Assembly: GCA_949358305.1 (NCBI GenBank)
Contig: OX442314.1
Location: 5,208,001 to 5,272,000 of the forward strand
Length of the DNA stretch: 64,000 bases
Reading direction: 5' to 3'
Origin: Strigamia acuminata
Lineage: Eukaryota
Shown: positions 1 to 11,700 of the stretch, one piece after another
Numbering within the stretch: the first letter of the stretch is position 1
How the letters are laid out: every line of letters starts with the position of its first letter
Translations under genes and position numbers: made by a program
Notes under the pieces: generated by a model
Database searches by the model: none
Told to the model about the DNA's origin: nothing
Seen by the model: only the letters and a program-made list of their open reading frames with translations

Positions 1-548
1 CAGTGAAATTTTAATTTTTTCAGTGAAATTTTAATTTTCTTAATGAAATTTTAATTTTTTCAGTGAAATTTTAATTTTCTCAGTGCAATTTTAATTTTCT
101 CAGTGAAATTTTAATTTTTTCAGTGAAATTTTAATTTTCTCAGTGAAATTTTAATTTTTTCAGTGAAATTTTAATTTTCTCAGTGAAATTTTAATTTTTT
201 CAGTGAAATTTTAATTTTCTTAGTGAAATTTTAATTTTTTCAGTGAAATTTTAATTTTCTCAGTGCAATTTTAATTTTCTCAGTGAAATTTTAATTTTTT
301 CAGTGAAATTTTAATTTTCTCAGTGAAATTTTAATTTTCTTAGTGAAATTTTAATTTTTTCAGTGAAATTTTAATTTTCTCAGTAAAATTTTAATTTTCT
401 CAGTGAAATTTTAATTTTCTCAGTGAAATTTTAATTTTCTCAGTGAAATTTTAATTTTCTCAGTGAAATTTTAATTTTCTCAGTGAAATTTTAATTTTCT
501 CAGTGAAATTTTAATTTTCTCAGTGAAATTTTAATTTTTTCATTGAAA
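1..548. repeat. 20-bp minisatellite (cagtgaaattttaattttct), about 27 copies, truncated by the window start
   Basis: Exact 20-bp periodicity is directly visible. Confidence 0.97.
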
Positions 549-639
549 TTTCACTCTTCTGTAAAATTTTCTATTTAAATAACCCTTATCATCATCGACG
601 AATGTTTCATTAACCATTTCCTGTTTGGTTACAAAAACC

Positions 640-763
640 CTCGAATAGTCACCGCGGCTACTAATCGAGAGCAGCTCTTATTTCAAACCGCTTCTCTGAG
701 GCGCGGCTACTATTCGAGGGCGGCTACAAACCGAGGGCGACTCTTAATCTAGAAACCTGAGTA
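640..763. mobile_element. Degenerate end of a Tc1/mariner (Tc2-like) non-autonomous element
   Basis: Repeated gcggctactattcgagg-type subterminal motifs; a related, better preserved end lies at 37248-37366. Confidence 0.45.
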
Positions 764-1800
764 CATGTAAACATGTACATAAAATGGGTCACAAAATAAC
801 ATATAAGAATATAAGGTTACAGCTCAATGTTTTATAACGCACAAGTACCCTTCCGCAAACTATAATTTTCTCATTATTATTATTTTATAATTAAGAGTCG
901 TCGTTGAATTGTAGTCGCGACAAACACAAGCGATTTGAAATAAAAACCGCGGTTCTTAATTGCAAAAATATGATGTGGGAAAAAAGCCGAGAAACGGCTT
1001 TTTTCCTCTGCTACAGACAAAGAAGCAAACAAAGAGTAGACAGATACTTGGTTGTATTATAGTGATATTAGGCCTGAAAAATTAGGCCTATGGGCTTCAT
1101 ATTGCTGAAACACAGGAAAATTCATATCATTACCAATAAAATCAATAAAAGCAATGAAACTAAATATATTTCACATTTTCAACCACGTTTGAACCATGTT
1201 AACTGTCTCCGCAGTACGAGATGCGGTTAGCATATTTAATGAAGAACAAATTGCAACAACAAATTCAGCTGTCCTCTTTGAAAAATCCTGACGATACCGT
1301 ATTGCCCCGCTTTAAGCCGCATGAAGAGCTATATTGTATAATTAATTACTATTTACAATTCATTTACATGCATTTATAGTAATACACCAAGATTTTTTAA
1401 TCTCCATTCGCCAATCGGGTTCTCACAACTCTATTCGACAATTGGATTTGGATTGGCAACAGACTGTGCAGGCATAAGTCTGTATCTATGAGTTGTAAGA
1501 ACAAACTGCCGAGAAGCATAAGCAACAAAGTAACCAGAAACAATCGGCTTACTGCCAGCCAATCACAAACAACCAAGCAATCACATTATCAATTCTCATT
1601 ACTTAATCACAATGTGCTTGCAACAAATCATTGAATTGGTTCAGACATTTCCCAAAATCTTAGAGCACCAATTGGATGATTAACTAAACCACTGTGTATT
1701 AGTGTGAACATCAGCTAAGTTACTTTTGTACGTGATTCCAGTAGACACCGAGCCGTATATTAGGCCTAGTTGACAAATTCATAACATTACTGTGTTGTAT

Positions 1801-2005
1801 TTGCACCACAAGGAATTATGCAGGTTTGAGCACAGTTAGGAAGTACAATGTATTGGCAACAATACAATGCATAAAGCATCATGCAGCTTCCATATTTTCC
1901 CCTAGCAACGTAATGATAATAAAGGATTTTTTACTTCTGTTAGTAAAGTGAAAGAAGAATGAGGTTTTAGGCGTAGATCTTGGCCTTGTGATTTTGTATT
2001 TGGAA
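1801..2005 (+). repeat. Dispersed repeat family, copy 1
   Basis: caccacaaggaattatgcaggtttgagcaca...catgcagcttccatatttt matches about 57815-57920. aataaaggatttt...ctgttagt and tttaggcgta...cttggc match 15090-15270. Confidence 0.8.
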
Positions 2006-2053
2006 GCAAAGATAGTTGTTGCGAAGTTGTTAATTCCTGTCAAAAGATGGCGA

Positions 2054-2121
2054 TGGTTTCCATTTCCGTTGCTGGTGCTGGTTTCCATTTCCGTTGCTGG
2101 TGCTGGTTTCCATTTCCGTTG
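2054..2121. repeat. 25-bp tandem repeat, about 2.7 copies
   Basis: ggtttccatttccgttgctggtgct units start at 2055, 2080 and 2105. Confidence 0.9.
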
Positions 2122-2539
2122 TGAGGATTGTCCTGTTTGACGTAGTTCTACATAAAAAGTATAATACACAAAACGCGCAGTTTTAATTCAGCTCCAAGTT
2201 ACTGCCATCTTTAGACAAACTCCGCCACCAGACGCCGCCTTTTATGGAAATCTCAAACAAATCGAGACTCCGTTCCGTAAACTTCCCACCGCATCAATGC
2301 AGTGATTGATCGTGGAAGGAAAAATAGACGGAGAATATAATTTGATTTGCCATAATCCCCGCAGAATAAAAAACAAAATGGTCGCCTGTGCAAATCCACT
2401 TACATCGGATTTGTCATCCTCCTTTTTTTCCACTTTCCCTCTTATTTATATTAAAATTGAACTAAATTGAAATTTCCAGTTCAGCATGTTCGATCCGAAG
2501 ATTCGGTTGCCAAGCGACCGAGTAATTTATAAAATTCTC

Positions 2540-3065
2540 CTCAAGGAAACCGCGATGGAAATAGTAGGGGGGTTTTGGGGGTCCGGGGTCAAAAGACACT
2601 TGGAATAAACGTTTAGTGAGATCTCTTTTGTCGTGCAACGACGGCATCTGGTTTCGTGGGCGGATGAGGTCACGGGGTGTTTTCGCCTCCCTTTTCTCCT
2701 CCCAGACACTTGTAGTTGCAACCGGGGTCGCGGGGGGTGTGGGGGGGTCTCTGGGCGCGTGCCAATCACAATCGAACACGCGTGACCCCCCACACAGCGT
2801 CCGAGGAGGCTCGTTAGACGAAGCGCAATCTGGGTTCGTCTTATCGGGGTGTTGGTCATTGTGGTCAACGTGCCTTGGACTTAGCGCTCTTTCATTGGGA
2901 GCCGGGTGTGCGACTCGCGACCCCGGCAACGCGCTCCACGTAATTTCCTGATTGGTTGGGTTGGGTGGGTTAGAGGGGGAGAGGGGTCGATGGATGCAGC
3001 GAGGATGTTGCTTTGCTTCTCTCTTCGGTGCCGGATGCGATCGGCGACTGCTCGGGTGGGCGAAG
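2540..3065. promoter_or_regulatory. GC/CpG-rich island, promoter- or enhancer-like
   Basis: Sharp rise in GC and CpG against the AT-rich flanks; CCAAT-box-like motifs near 2761 (gccaatca) and 2949 (ctgattgg); no convincing ORF. Confidence 0.4.
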
Positions 3066-3339
3066 GTTAAATTTAAAGGGAGAGTTGATCTTGTTTTTTG
3101 GGTGTTTTTTTTTTGTTGTTAGTTGTTTTTAAGGTATTGTTATTTTTGTTTTCAATTTTTATTTTTTATTTTTTTTTGTTATTGGTATTGCTGATTTGAT
3201 GATTTTTGTAGACTTGATACAAGCAATCATGTTTTGTTGAAATGTTTCTACTTGTTTTGAGTCGGTTATAAGGTTTTGTGGTGCTGGATTGGATTACATG
3301 CGCAGAGTCGAAAAGAATTAATTTCTCGATGAGAAAGAT

Positions 3340-3935
3340 GCACTGTTAGGCAGTAGAATGCATTTCTAGATGAAAAAGATGTATTGTTGGCAGAAAAATA
3401 CATTGTTAGGCAAAAATAATACTTTGTTAGACAAAAATAATGCTTTGTTAGACAAAAAATAAATTGTTAGGCAGAAAAATACATTGTTAGGCAAAAATAA
3501 TACATTGTTAGGTAGAAAAATACATTGTTAGGCAGAAAAATACATTGTTTGGCAAAAATAATGCATTGTTAGGCAAAAATAATGCATTGTTAGGCAAAAA
3601 TAATGCATTGTTAGGCAAAAAATACATTGTTTGGCAAAAATAATGCATTGTTTGGCACAAAATAATGCAATGTTTGGCAAAAAATGCATTGTTAGACAAA
3701 AAAAATATTGTTTGGCAGAAAAATACAATTTTATTCGAAAAGAATTGTCACGTTAGGTTAATGCATTGTTAGGCTAGAAGAATACAATGTTAAACTAGAA
3801 AAAAAGCATTGATAAGCTAGATGAATGCATTGTACGCCTAGAAGAATACACTGTTTAGCTAGAAAAATGCATTGTTAAGCTAGAAGAATTTATTTTCAGG
3901 AGAAGAATACATTGTTAAGCTGGAAAAATGCATTT
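3340..3935. repeat. 20-21-bp degenerate minisatellite (aaaaataatgcattgttaggc)
   Basis: Visible periodicity; it produces the repetitive spurious ORFs at 3508-3728. Confidence 0.9.
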
Positions 3936-6454
3936 TTGGGCATAAAAATGGCATTAAGACTAAACAGATGCAGTTTATTGCTAAATAGTGCCATTTTCAG
4001 GCAGAATACTGCATTTTGACCTATACATATTCTGAGATTATGATTTTTGCATTTCCTCCAGTCACACTCAGATTGTGGAAAGTTACATTTGTTCTTGCCA
4101 CTTTTCCCAGCGCATCTGCTTGAGACGTAATATGCAAGGCTGTCTTATGTGCTAACCAAATGGGTCTCCGGGGCCTCGGAATAATGTATACAATTTTCTG
4201 TGTTGTTTTTATATTGCATTTTAAATTCTTATTAAAATGTTTTGTGAAAAATTTATACTTTTTAAATAAATTTTGTTGACAACGCGATGCATTTGTGCAG
4301 CCATGCAAATTCAAATTGGATAAACAAAATTTGCTTAAGTGCTATAAGTTGATTAAGTTCTTTGAACTTGCGGATGTGACAAATCCATTGCTCAAGTCTT
4401 GCGGGCAAATTATATGAATAGTCCAATTCATCCATTTCTACTCCCAGAGGCCCCTGGGGTCAGTGTAATCCACTTATGCAATAGTCTTTGATTCAGGCTC
4501 AAGATACAATGTCAATCACTTAACTGACTCTGGGATTGGACAAAATATAAGAATCGGTCTTTGGCAACGGCGAAAAGGAGAAGTGGCATGTTTGGGTTAT
4601 TGTCATGGTAGGCACATAAAGCTTGAATAGATGATTCCATTATTGTAATAAAGAAAGAAATGTTATTGTTATTTCCCCTGAGGTTTGTTTAAAGTACAAT
4701 TTCTTTTTATTATTTATTTCTATAAATTATTTATTGGGTTTTATGGTGTATTGGGGTTTAAGTGAATTATTCTTGCTATTAGAGCGATTTTCAATTTATA
4801 TTTTTTTACATTTCCCATTTTGTATTTACTTCACTCATAACTCAATTGAAAGGGGATGAGAAAAAGCGGAAAAATCAATTGGGCTCTTTTTATTGAGCGG
4901 AAGCGGAAAAATGAACAGATATGAGAGAAGAAGGGGGAAAAATGAGCAAAAACTTTTTATTGGATTTAAACTTTGGCCATCTTGTGTTTATTTTTCACTT
5001 CTTGCAATAATGATAATCCGACAATACGTCTGCTATGGAATTATATTGTTTAGCGAAAACTACGTACAATAATGAAAGCGTCCCATGTGGTCTAACAAAT
5101 AATACCAGTGACAATGATAGCAATAAAATTTGTTTGTTGTGTTCTTCTTAGACTTTAGCACCATTGTTGTCAATAATCAATTTTGCGATAGTTTCAATTT
5201 TTTACCACTTGCGAAGTACGGTTATATTAAACATGTTTATTTTTGCATGTATATTTTTAGACTAATTAGAGTGTGCTCTACAACTTTTCAATTGGAAATT
5301 TTTCTCTATCTCGGTTGGTTTCAGATTTACCAATTTAAATACTACAAAGACGATCTTTAAGGTCACATTCAAGGTCATAACTGAATAACCCATTCTTGAC
5401 TTTCTTTTCAATGATAGTGGCAGAGTAAGTGGTCTTGTAGGCAAACGTGGAACCAGACCAAAAGCCTAGACATGCAAACAGGAAGTTGCGGGTTTCTCAT
5501 GTGACTGAACTTCCTGTTTTGTGTGATCACAGCACTACCACAGCGGTCACTTTTGGCAATGAAGGTTACGCATGTCTGTGATGTCTTCATCTTTAGTAAA
5601 AAGAACAAAATGAGTGTACCTTCCAACCATCCTCTTGTCAATAAATCGTATGTTTGACAATTACAATAAAATCCAGGTGTTCACTACTTAAAGACGATAA
5701 TGTCTGTCATAGAATAAGTATTGCATGTTTGTAGTCATAAACCGGTTTTACCTCTCTAATTATGGTTTAAAAATTATTTCCAACCGCGTAGAAGCTTGAA
5801 TGGGCAATAAAAATACATTAATAGCAGAAAGTTAGATAGGGGGAGCTATACCACGAGCAACCGGCTTTGGGTCAACAAATATGACTGTCCATGGGTCGAC
5901 TGAATGTAATCTGACATCAGGTGATCAGGGGCAACAACAGCAGTGCCCAGGCTTAGAGAGGGAAGGTGTAAGGTTATATTTGGATACGAAAGGAACGGCT
6001 TACCATGCCGGTCACTTGTTTCTATCAGAACACAAAAGTTAAGCGGCATTAAGGAGCAACGCCAGGCCACTGGAATGACGGACTGATGACTAATTTGATG
6101 GTAAAAGACGTGCTATTGTTGCACCTATTTTATTCCAAGAGCACTTTGTTATCTTTGTTCGTGCTGCGTCAACTCTCCGTTTGTTTTGTAATTAATTATG
6201 GGGAACAGAGTATACACATAAATAGAGAGAGATTTGTGTAATGGAAACTTAGGCTTTGTGTTGGAATTATTCAGCGTCCGTAAAACTTTACAAGTGTATA
6301 AAAACGTCCATGTGAGGTTAGTGTATTTTTTGGGTGTATAAACCCCTCTGTTTGTTCAATGAAATCAGTTCTTAATCAAAGTCGTTCCTTGCATGTAACA
6401 TTCGTTCTTTTAATTCGATCCCAGATATCCATAGATATCCTCAGCCACACTCCT

Positions 6455-6608
6455 GAATAGAAGTACACCCAAATTGTTGCTTTGAAACAATAGAAGAAGT
6501 GCACCCTATGGTGCTTTGAAACAATCGAAGAAGTGCACCGCTCTATGTTGCTTCGGAACAATACAAGAAGTACACCCTATGGTGCTTTGAAACAATAGAA
6601 GCACACCC
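6455..6608. repeat. About 34-bp tandem repeat, 4-5 copies
   Basis: aatagaagaagtgcaccctatggtgctttgaaac units. Confidence 0.8.
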
Positions 6609-6760
6609 TTCTATTACAAGAAATCTGGCAGGGCATTGTGTACTGCTTTTTTAGAAACATGTTGCTTAGGCCTTGCCCTCACCAATTTTCTTTTTCACCG
6701 AGAAAAGTTTGTCTTGGTCACATGATTTTCTACTCTTCTTTAGAGATGTGCCTATTACAG

Positions 6761-6813
6761 GTTTACACAGAATTCTGTGTAAACAATTGTGACAATTGTC
6801 ACAATTGTTTACA
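6761..6813. other. Two overlapping perfect DNA palindromes (24 bp and 36 bp)
   Basis: 6761-6784 (gtttacacagaattctgtgtaaac) and 6778-6813 (tgtaaacaattgtgacaattgtcacaattgtttaca) each equal their own reverse complement. Confidence 0.95.
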
Positions 6814-7144
6814 TTGGTTTTGTAAGTACAGCAATATTGTATGAGCATTTTACAGAATAGAGTAAATGGAGCAAATCAACTCTTGTGGTTTAACATGAAG
6901 AGATATAATGTTGCCAGCATTACCTACATTATATTAACATTCATAATCAAGAGTTGTGAATGTATCTACAACCCACCAAGCTCCACAAAGTCTCTATATC
7001 CACTTGGTTAATGAATTTAGCACACTCAATTTAGGAATCTGAGAACTAAAGATGCTTTTTCTTAACATACAAAGGAGAAATTGATGTTTATTTTCTTCAC
7101 TTTACATTAACACTTCATTAAAAGAGTGTTGGTGGTACATACAC

Positions 7145-7819
7145 TAGGTGCATTCCAAAACTCAGTGTTAGGCGTTTTAGGCGTTTTTGTTCCGTTTCGT
7201 TTTATGGTCGTTTCAGGCCTGTTTAGGAACGACAAAACGAAAATTTTTTTGTCCTTGTTTTAGCAATTTCGTTTTAGAAAATGCTGACCGGTTGGACACT
7301 TGTCTGTCACCAACCAAATTTCTACTATTCGAAAAATTAAAGTAGTTGATTGCTTAGCTAAAACTACACTTATTATGTTACAAGCTTCAGAAAATGATGC
7401 CGAAGATGAGGAAATTTTAGACACTTATGAATGGGTGAGAATACAAATACAAATACAAATACAAATACAAATACAAATATAATGAAAAGAAGCACATGCC
7501 GAATTTGTTTGTCACATTCGGCGAATTTGTTTGTTACATTCGGCGAATTTGTTGCCCACATTCGCCGATGTCATGTTTGACCAACGATTGCGCATGTCAC
7601 GTTTTTCAAACGTATGCCAATGTCACGTTGAATTCATTTTTTGATTATTTTTGTATAGAACGATGGCAGCCCTAATACTAAAATCGCTTCTACTAACACG
7701 TGTTTTAATACACGTTCTCGTTTCAGCCGTGTTAGCGCCACAGACACGGAATTTTTCCGGATGTGACGTCATAATCGCTAACACGAAACGGCTGAAACGG
7801 GAGTTTTGGAATGCACCTA
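7145..7819. mobile_element. MITE with 19-bp perfect TIRs, containing an (ATACAA)n microsatellite at 7441-7480
   Basis: taggtgcattccaaaactc (7145-7163) is the reverse complement of gagttttggaatgcaccta (7801-7819); no clear TSD. Confidence 0.8.
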
Positions 7820-8027
7820 CTATCTCTGGATTTACAGTATATTAGACAATTACTACAAGACTTTCCGTCTGGAATTTTTGTGAGAACAATGTACAAACGT
7901 GAAACAGTCACCACCTGTTGTTGCTATATTACAACTTGCCACAGACAATGGTGGATAACCCATTGTTGGCATTTTTGTTAGATTTGAATAGTTTGAGGTT
8001 TTTTCGGAGAATGATGTTGTGTTGTTA

Positions 8028-8730
8028 GATTTTACCAGACAACATTGTTGCATTTTATCAGACAACATTGTTGCATTTTATCAGACAACATTGTTGCATT
8101 TTATCAGACCAGATTGTTGCATTTTATCAGACCAGATTGTTGCATTTTATCAGACAACATTGTAGCATTTTACCAGACAACATTGTAGCATTTTATCAGA
8201 CCAAATTGTCGCATTTTACCAGACAACATTGTCGCATTTTACCAGACAACATTGTTGCATTTTATCAGACAACATTGTTGCATTTTATCAGACCATATTG
8301 TTGCATTTTATCAGACCAGATTGTTGCATTTTATCAGACAAGACAACATTGTAGCACTTTACCAGACAACATTGTTACATTATCAGACCAGATTATTGCA
8401 TTTTATCAGACCAGATTGTTGCATTTTATCAGACCAGATTGTTGCATTTTATCAGACAACATTGTAGCATTTTACCAGACAACATTGTAGCATTTTATCA
8501 GACCAAATTGTCGCATTTTACCAGACAACATTGTCGCATTTTACCAGACAACATTGTTGCATTTTATCAGACAACATTGTTGCATTTTATCAGACCATAT
8601 TGTTGCATTTTATCAGACCAGATTGTTGCATTTTATCAGACAAGACAACATTGTAGCACTTTACCAGACAACATTGTTACATTATCAGACCAGATTATTG
8701 CATTTTATCAGACAAGATTGTTGCATTTTT
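8028..8730. repeat. 23-bp minisatellite (ttgttgcattttatcagacaaca), about 30 copies, with a 302-bp higher-order duplication
   Basis: The diagnostic variant block at 8331-8400 recurs at 8633-8702. Confidence 0.95.
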
Positions 8731-11700
8731 AAACAAAGAATTCGTTATATCGCAGTTCGTTATAACAAGGTTTCCGGTAAAGTAAAATATTTTACTTTTC
8801 CGGAAAACTGTGTGCGTGTGAACTGTGTTCGTGATTCCATTTGACTGCGAGGAACGATATGAAGAGAATGTTACATGAATTTTCGCAGTCAGGTGTTCAC
8901 GGACTCATATAAATGATGATGTTTGAAAAGGAGGAGGATTTTGGGGCGGCAGAGAATAGCGTGAAGGATGGGGGGGTGTTGGGGGGGACATCGGAAAAGG
9001 CGCGGAACGGGGCGTATAGTGAGTAGATAAGGAGAAAGTGAAGGATGGGGGCACAAAGGGGTAAGTTGGTAACGTATGAGTTTTGTGGCGACTGTAAATA
9101 TGAGGATTGTCCTTTGGCTAGGCGTGAGTCGTGCGCACGCGCACTCGGTGGAACATTGAATTCCTCTTTGCACTTACTGATCCAGTGCTAAGTGCACTCG
9201 GTCGGCCATTTGTCTTTTTCAGAAAACGCTTCAGCCGAACGAGTCGTTTGGGATTCGGCCAAACGAAACTTTAGCACGTTTTTGTCCACTATTTTTTTTG
9301 TGGTCACTTGTTTCAGTCAACAATTTAAATTTCTTTTTTTTTTATTGTTTTATTTTTTTGGTTTTATTCCATTTCAGAATGTTTTTGTCCATTTTTTTTT
9401 CTTTCGGTTTTATTTATATTTGCAGAGGGAATTGCTCAACCGATGTAAATTTTTTGTTTTCATTTTAAAAAATAATAATTCATTGTAATTTTTGTTTCTT
9501 TGTGCACATTTGCATAATCTTTTTGGATTTTAGTTTTGAGTGGTTTATGACACTTTGGGGTAGTGGGTGTGGCTTCAGACTGTTTTTTGGAAGTGAAATG
9601 TTATAAGAAATTGATGAAATTTAGTTTCAGAGTGAAAAATAAGGTGTAGTGTTGGCTTTTTTGTTACCACAAACAATGCAACAAAGTACAGGGTGATCAT
9701 CAAGTCTTTAGACAATTTTAAAAAAAAACTTTACAGGCTAACGTTAGGTGGTAACAAAATAATTCTTTTTGCGCATACCGGTAAATATGTCATTATTAAT
9801 GTTTTTAAATAAAATAGTTTCCTTACTTCTTCTCGAAAAGCTCAACCTTCCTGCAGAGCAGCGTATGCAAAAATACTGGAATTAATCACCGCAATGCAAC
9901 AAATGGAGCAGCTTCCGAAAAAACAAAGACGTTCTCTATGTTTCTTGTTTTTGAGACCAATTAAGAAATAAAAATAATTAGAAAAGGAAAAGCATTCCCA
10001 AATGGCTACTCCACAAATAAAAACAACTCACAAAGTTCTTCCTAAGAATCTGAGGTGGCCCAATTCTTTGGACTTCTTTTTGTGGGTATATACGAAAGAT
10101 ATTGTGTAGCGTAGTCAAGGCTTTCCATCCTTGTCTGATTAAGGTGTTGTTCCATCAACCTCAACTGGGTTTTGCTGTGGTTTTCCCAGTTGTCAGTGGG
10201 TATGCAAGGTTGGGTGCTCAAGAAAGTCATCCCACAGACTGCAAAAAGGGGAAGGTTATCTTAAGTTTGATGTATGACTTCTATTGTTGGCTCTTGCCTG
10301 GAGTGCCATTATCTCTTGAGAATTATTATTTTTATTATTATTCCAGCAATCCAAATGGGCATAGAGTTAAACCTTCTTGCCACTAGAGGTTTAGTTTGGA
10401 TGTTGCTTGACATTTTATTACATGGTTAGTTGGTTTTTGACAGCAGCAATTGTACCCTTCTTAGATTTGACCGAGGGGTCAAGCAAACAGGGAGTTTTAA
10501 TCTTCAATTATTAATGCAGTGTCATAAGTTTCTTGAACTACAAGAGAGTTTGGATATTTGAACAGCCTGTTTTCATTATTGTACTGGGTGGAAAAAAGTC
10601 CTTTCTTCAGTAAATATTGTTGGAAGTGGCTGAAAATATTTTTAATTTGGCGATAGATTGGTAGGAAATGGGACTTGACAAAACCAATGATACATGTGAA
10701 TGTAGCATTGTTGCAACATTGTTTTTCAAGTCCTAACTTTTTAACAACAATGCTAGACAAAAAGTGTAAATTATAAAGTTGTAGAGCATCATTTGTTTAG
10801 TACAATGACTTCATAAAAGCAATATGTCAGTGGGAAATTTTTTAAAGAATAAAGCAAAAAAAACAATCGTGCTTTGATTTCGCAGGAAATTTATGGATAT
10901 ACAAACAAAAGCTTAAGTGTTAATCTGGAAGTATATATTTGTGGAAATTAAACTTTTATTCCATTTACATCATTTGTGTGGTTTTAATGCATTATATCAC
11001 CCTTGCAAGTGGAAACAAATTGTTTCCAGCCCCGATGGTGCACGGAAAAATTTAATTGTTTCAGACTCTGAATAAGAGGATAAAACATTCCGTTTGAAAT
11101 GGTGCTGTTGAAAAATTAAGACTGTAAAAATATTTAGACTCTGAGTACTATGCTTACGGTAAGTGTATATTCTACTCCGGCTTGTTTTTCACCGGCACCG
11201 TTGCTGGTACGGTCAAACGGAGTCTCGCTAACACTGACTTGAAAAGGGCATTTGTCAAATCTGTATTACTAATTGCATTTATTTTCTGATTTCCAACAAA
11301 GGCATTACCCTGGCGTGGTTGGGCTTTGCGGCTCCCTACCTGTGGCCCTCCGAAGAAATGATGCTGGAAGCGGAGGAGAACGAGCATCTCCGAAAGAACT
11401 TCACGCGCAAGAACTGGAGTAAGAAAAGAAGATGATTAAGACGCTCCGTCTGCCGTGGTCTCCACTACTGAAAACAACAACCAACCACCAAATTTGACAG
11501 TGAGTGAGTGAGTGATGTGTAGTGCCATCAATGACTGGTATGACCAAAAACCTAACATTGCCACCTCCCACCATTCCCCATTCCCCAATCCTCTTCCTCA
11601 GCCCTCAAGGACGAGTGACACTTCTCCTTATTGATAGAACAAATCCCTCGGATAAGAGGATTTGCTCTATGTGCAAAACAAACTGCTCTTACCCAGCCTA

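Noticed and set aside
2462..2951. Three overlapping 111-155-aa ORFs
   Set aside because: Expected in a GC-rich patch; no recognisable domain.
8068..8844. Overlapping repetitive ORFs
   Set aside because: They are products of the 23-bp array.
11065..11435. Possible small spliced exons (donor G|GTAAGT near 11158; frame ending ...NFTRKNWSKKRR*)
   Set aside because: No recognisable homology, and the upstream segment shows no convincing coding frame; unsupported without RNA data.
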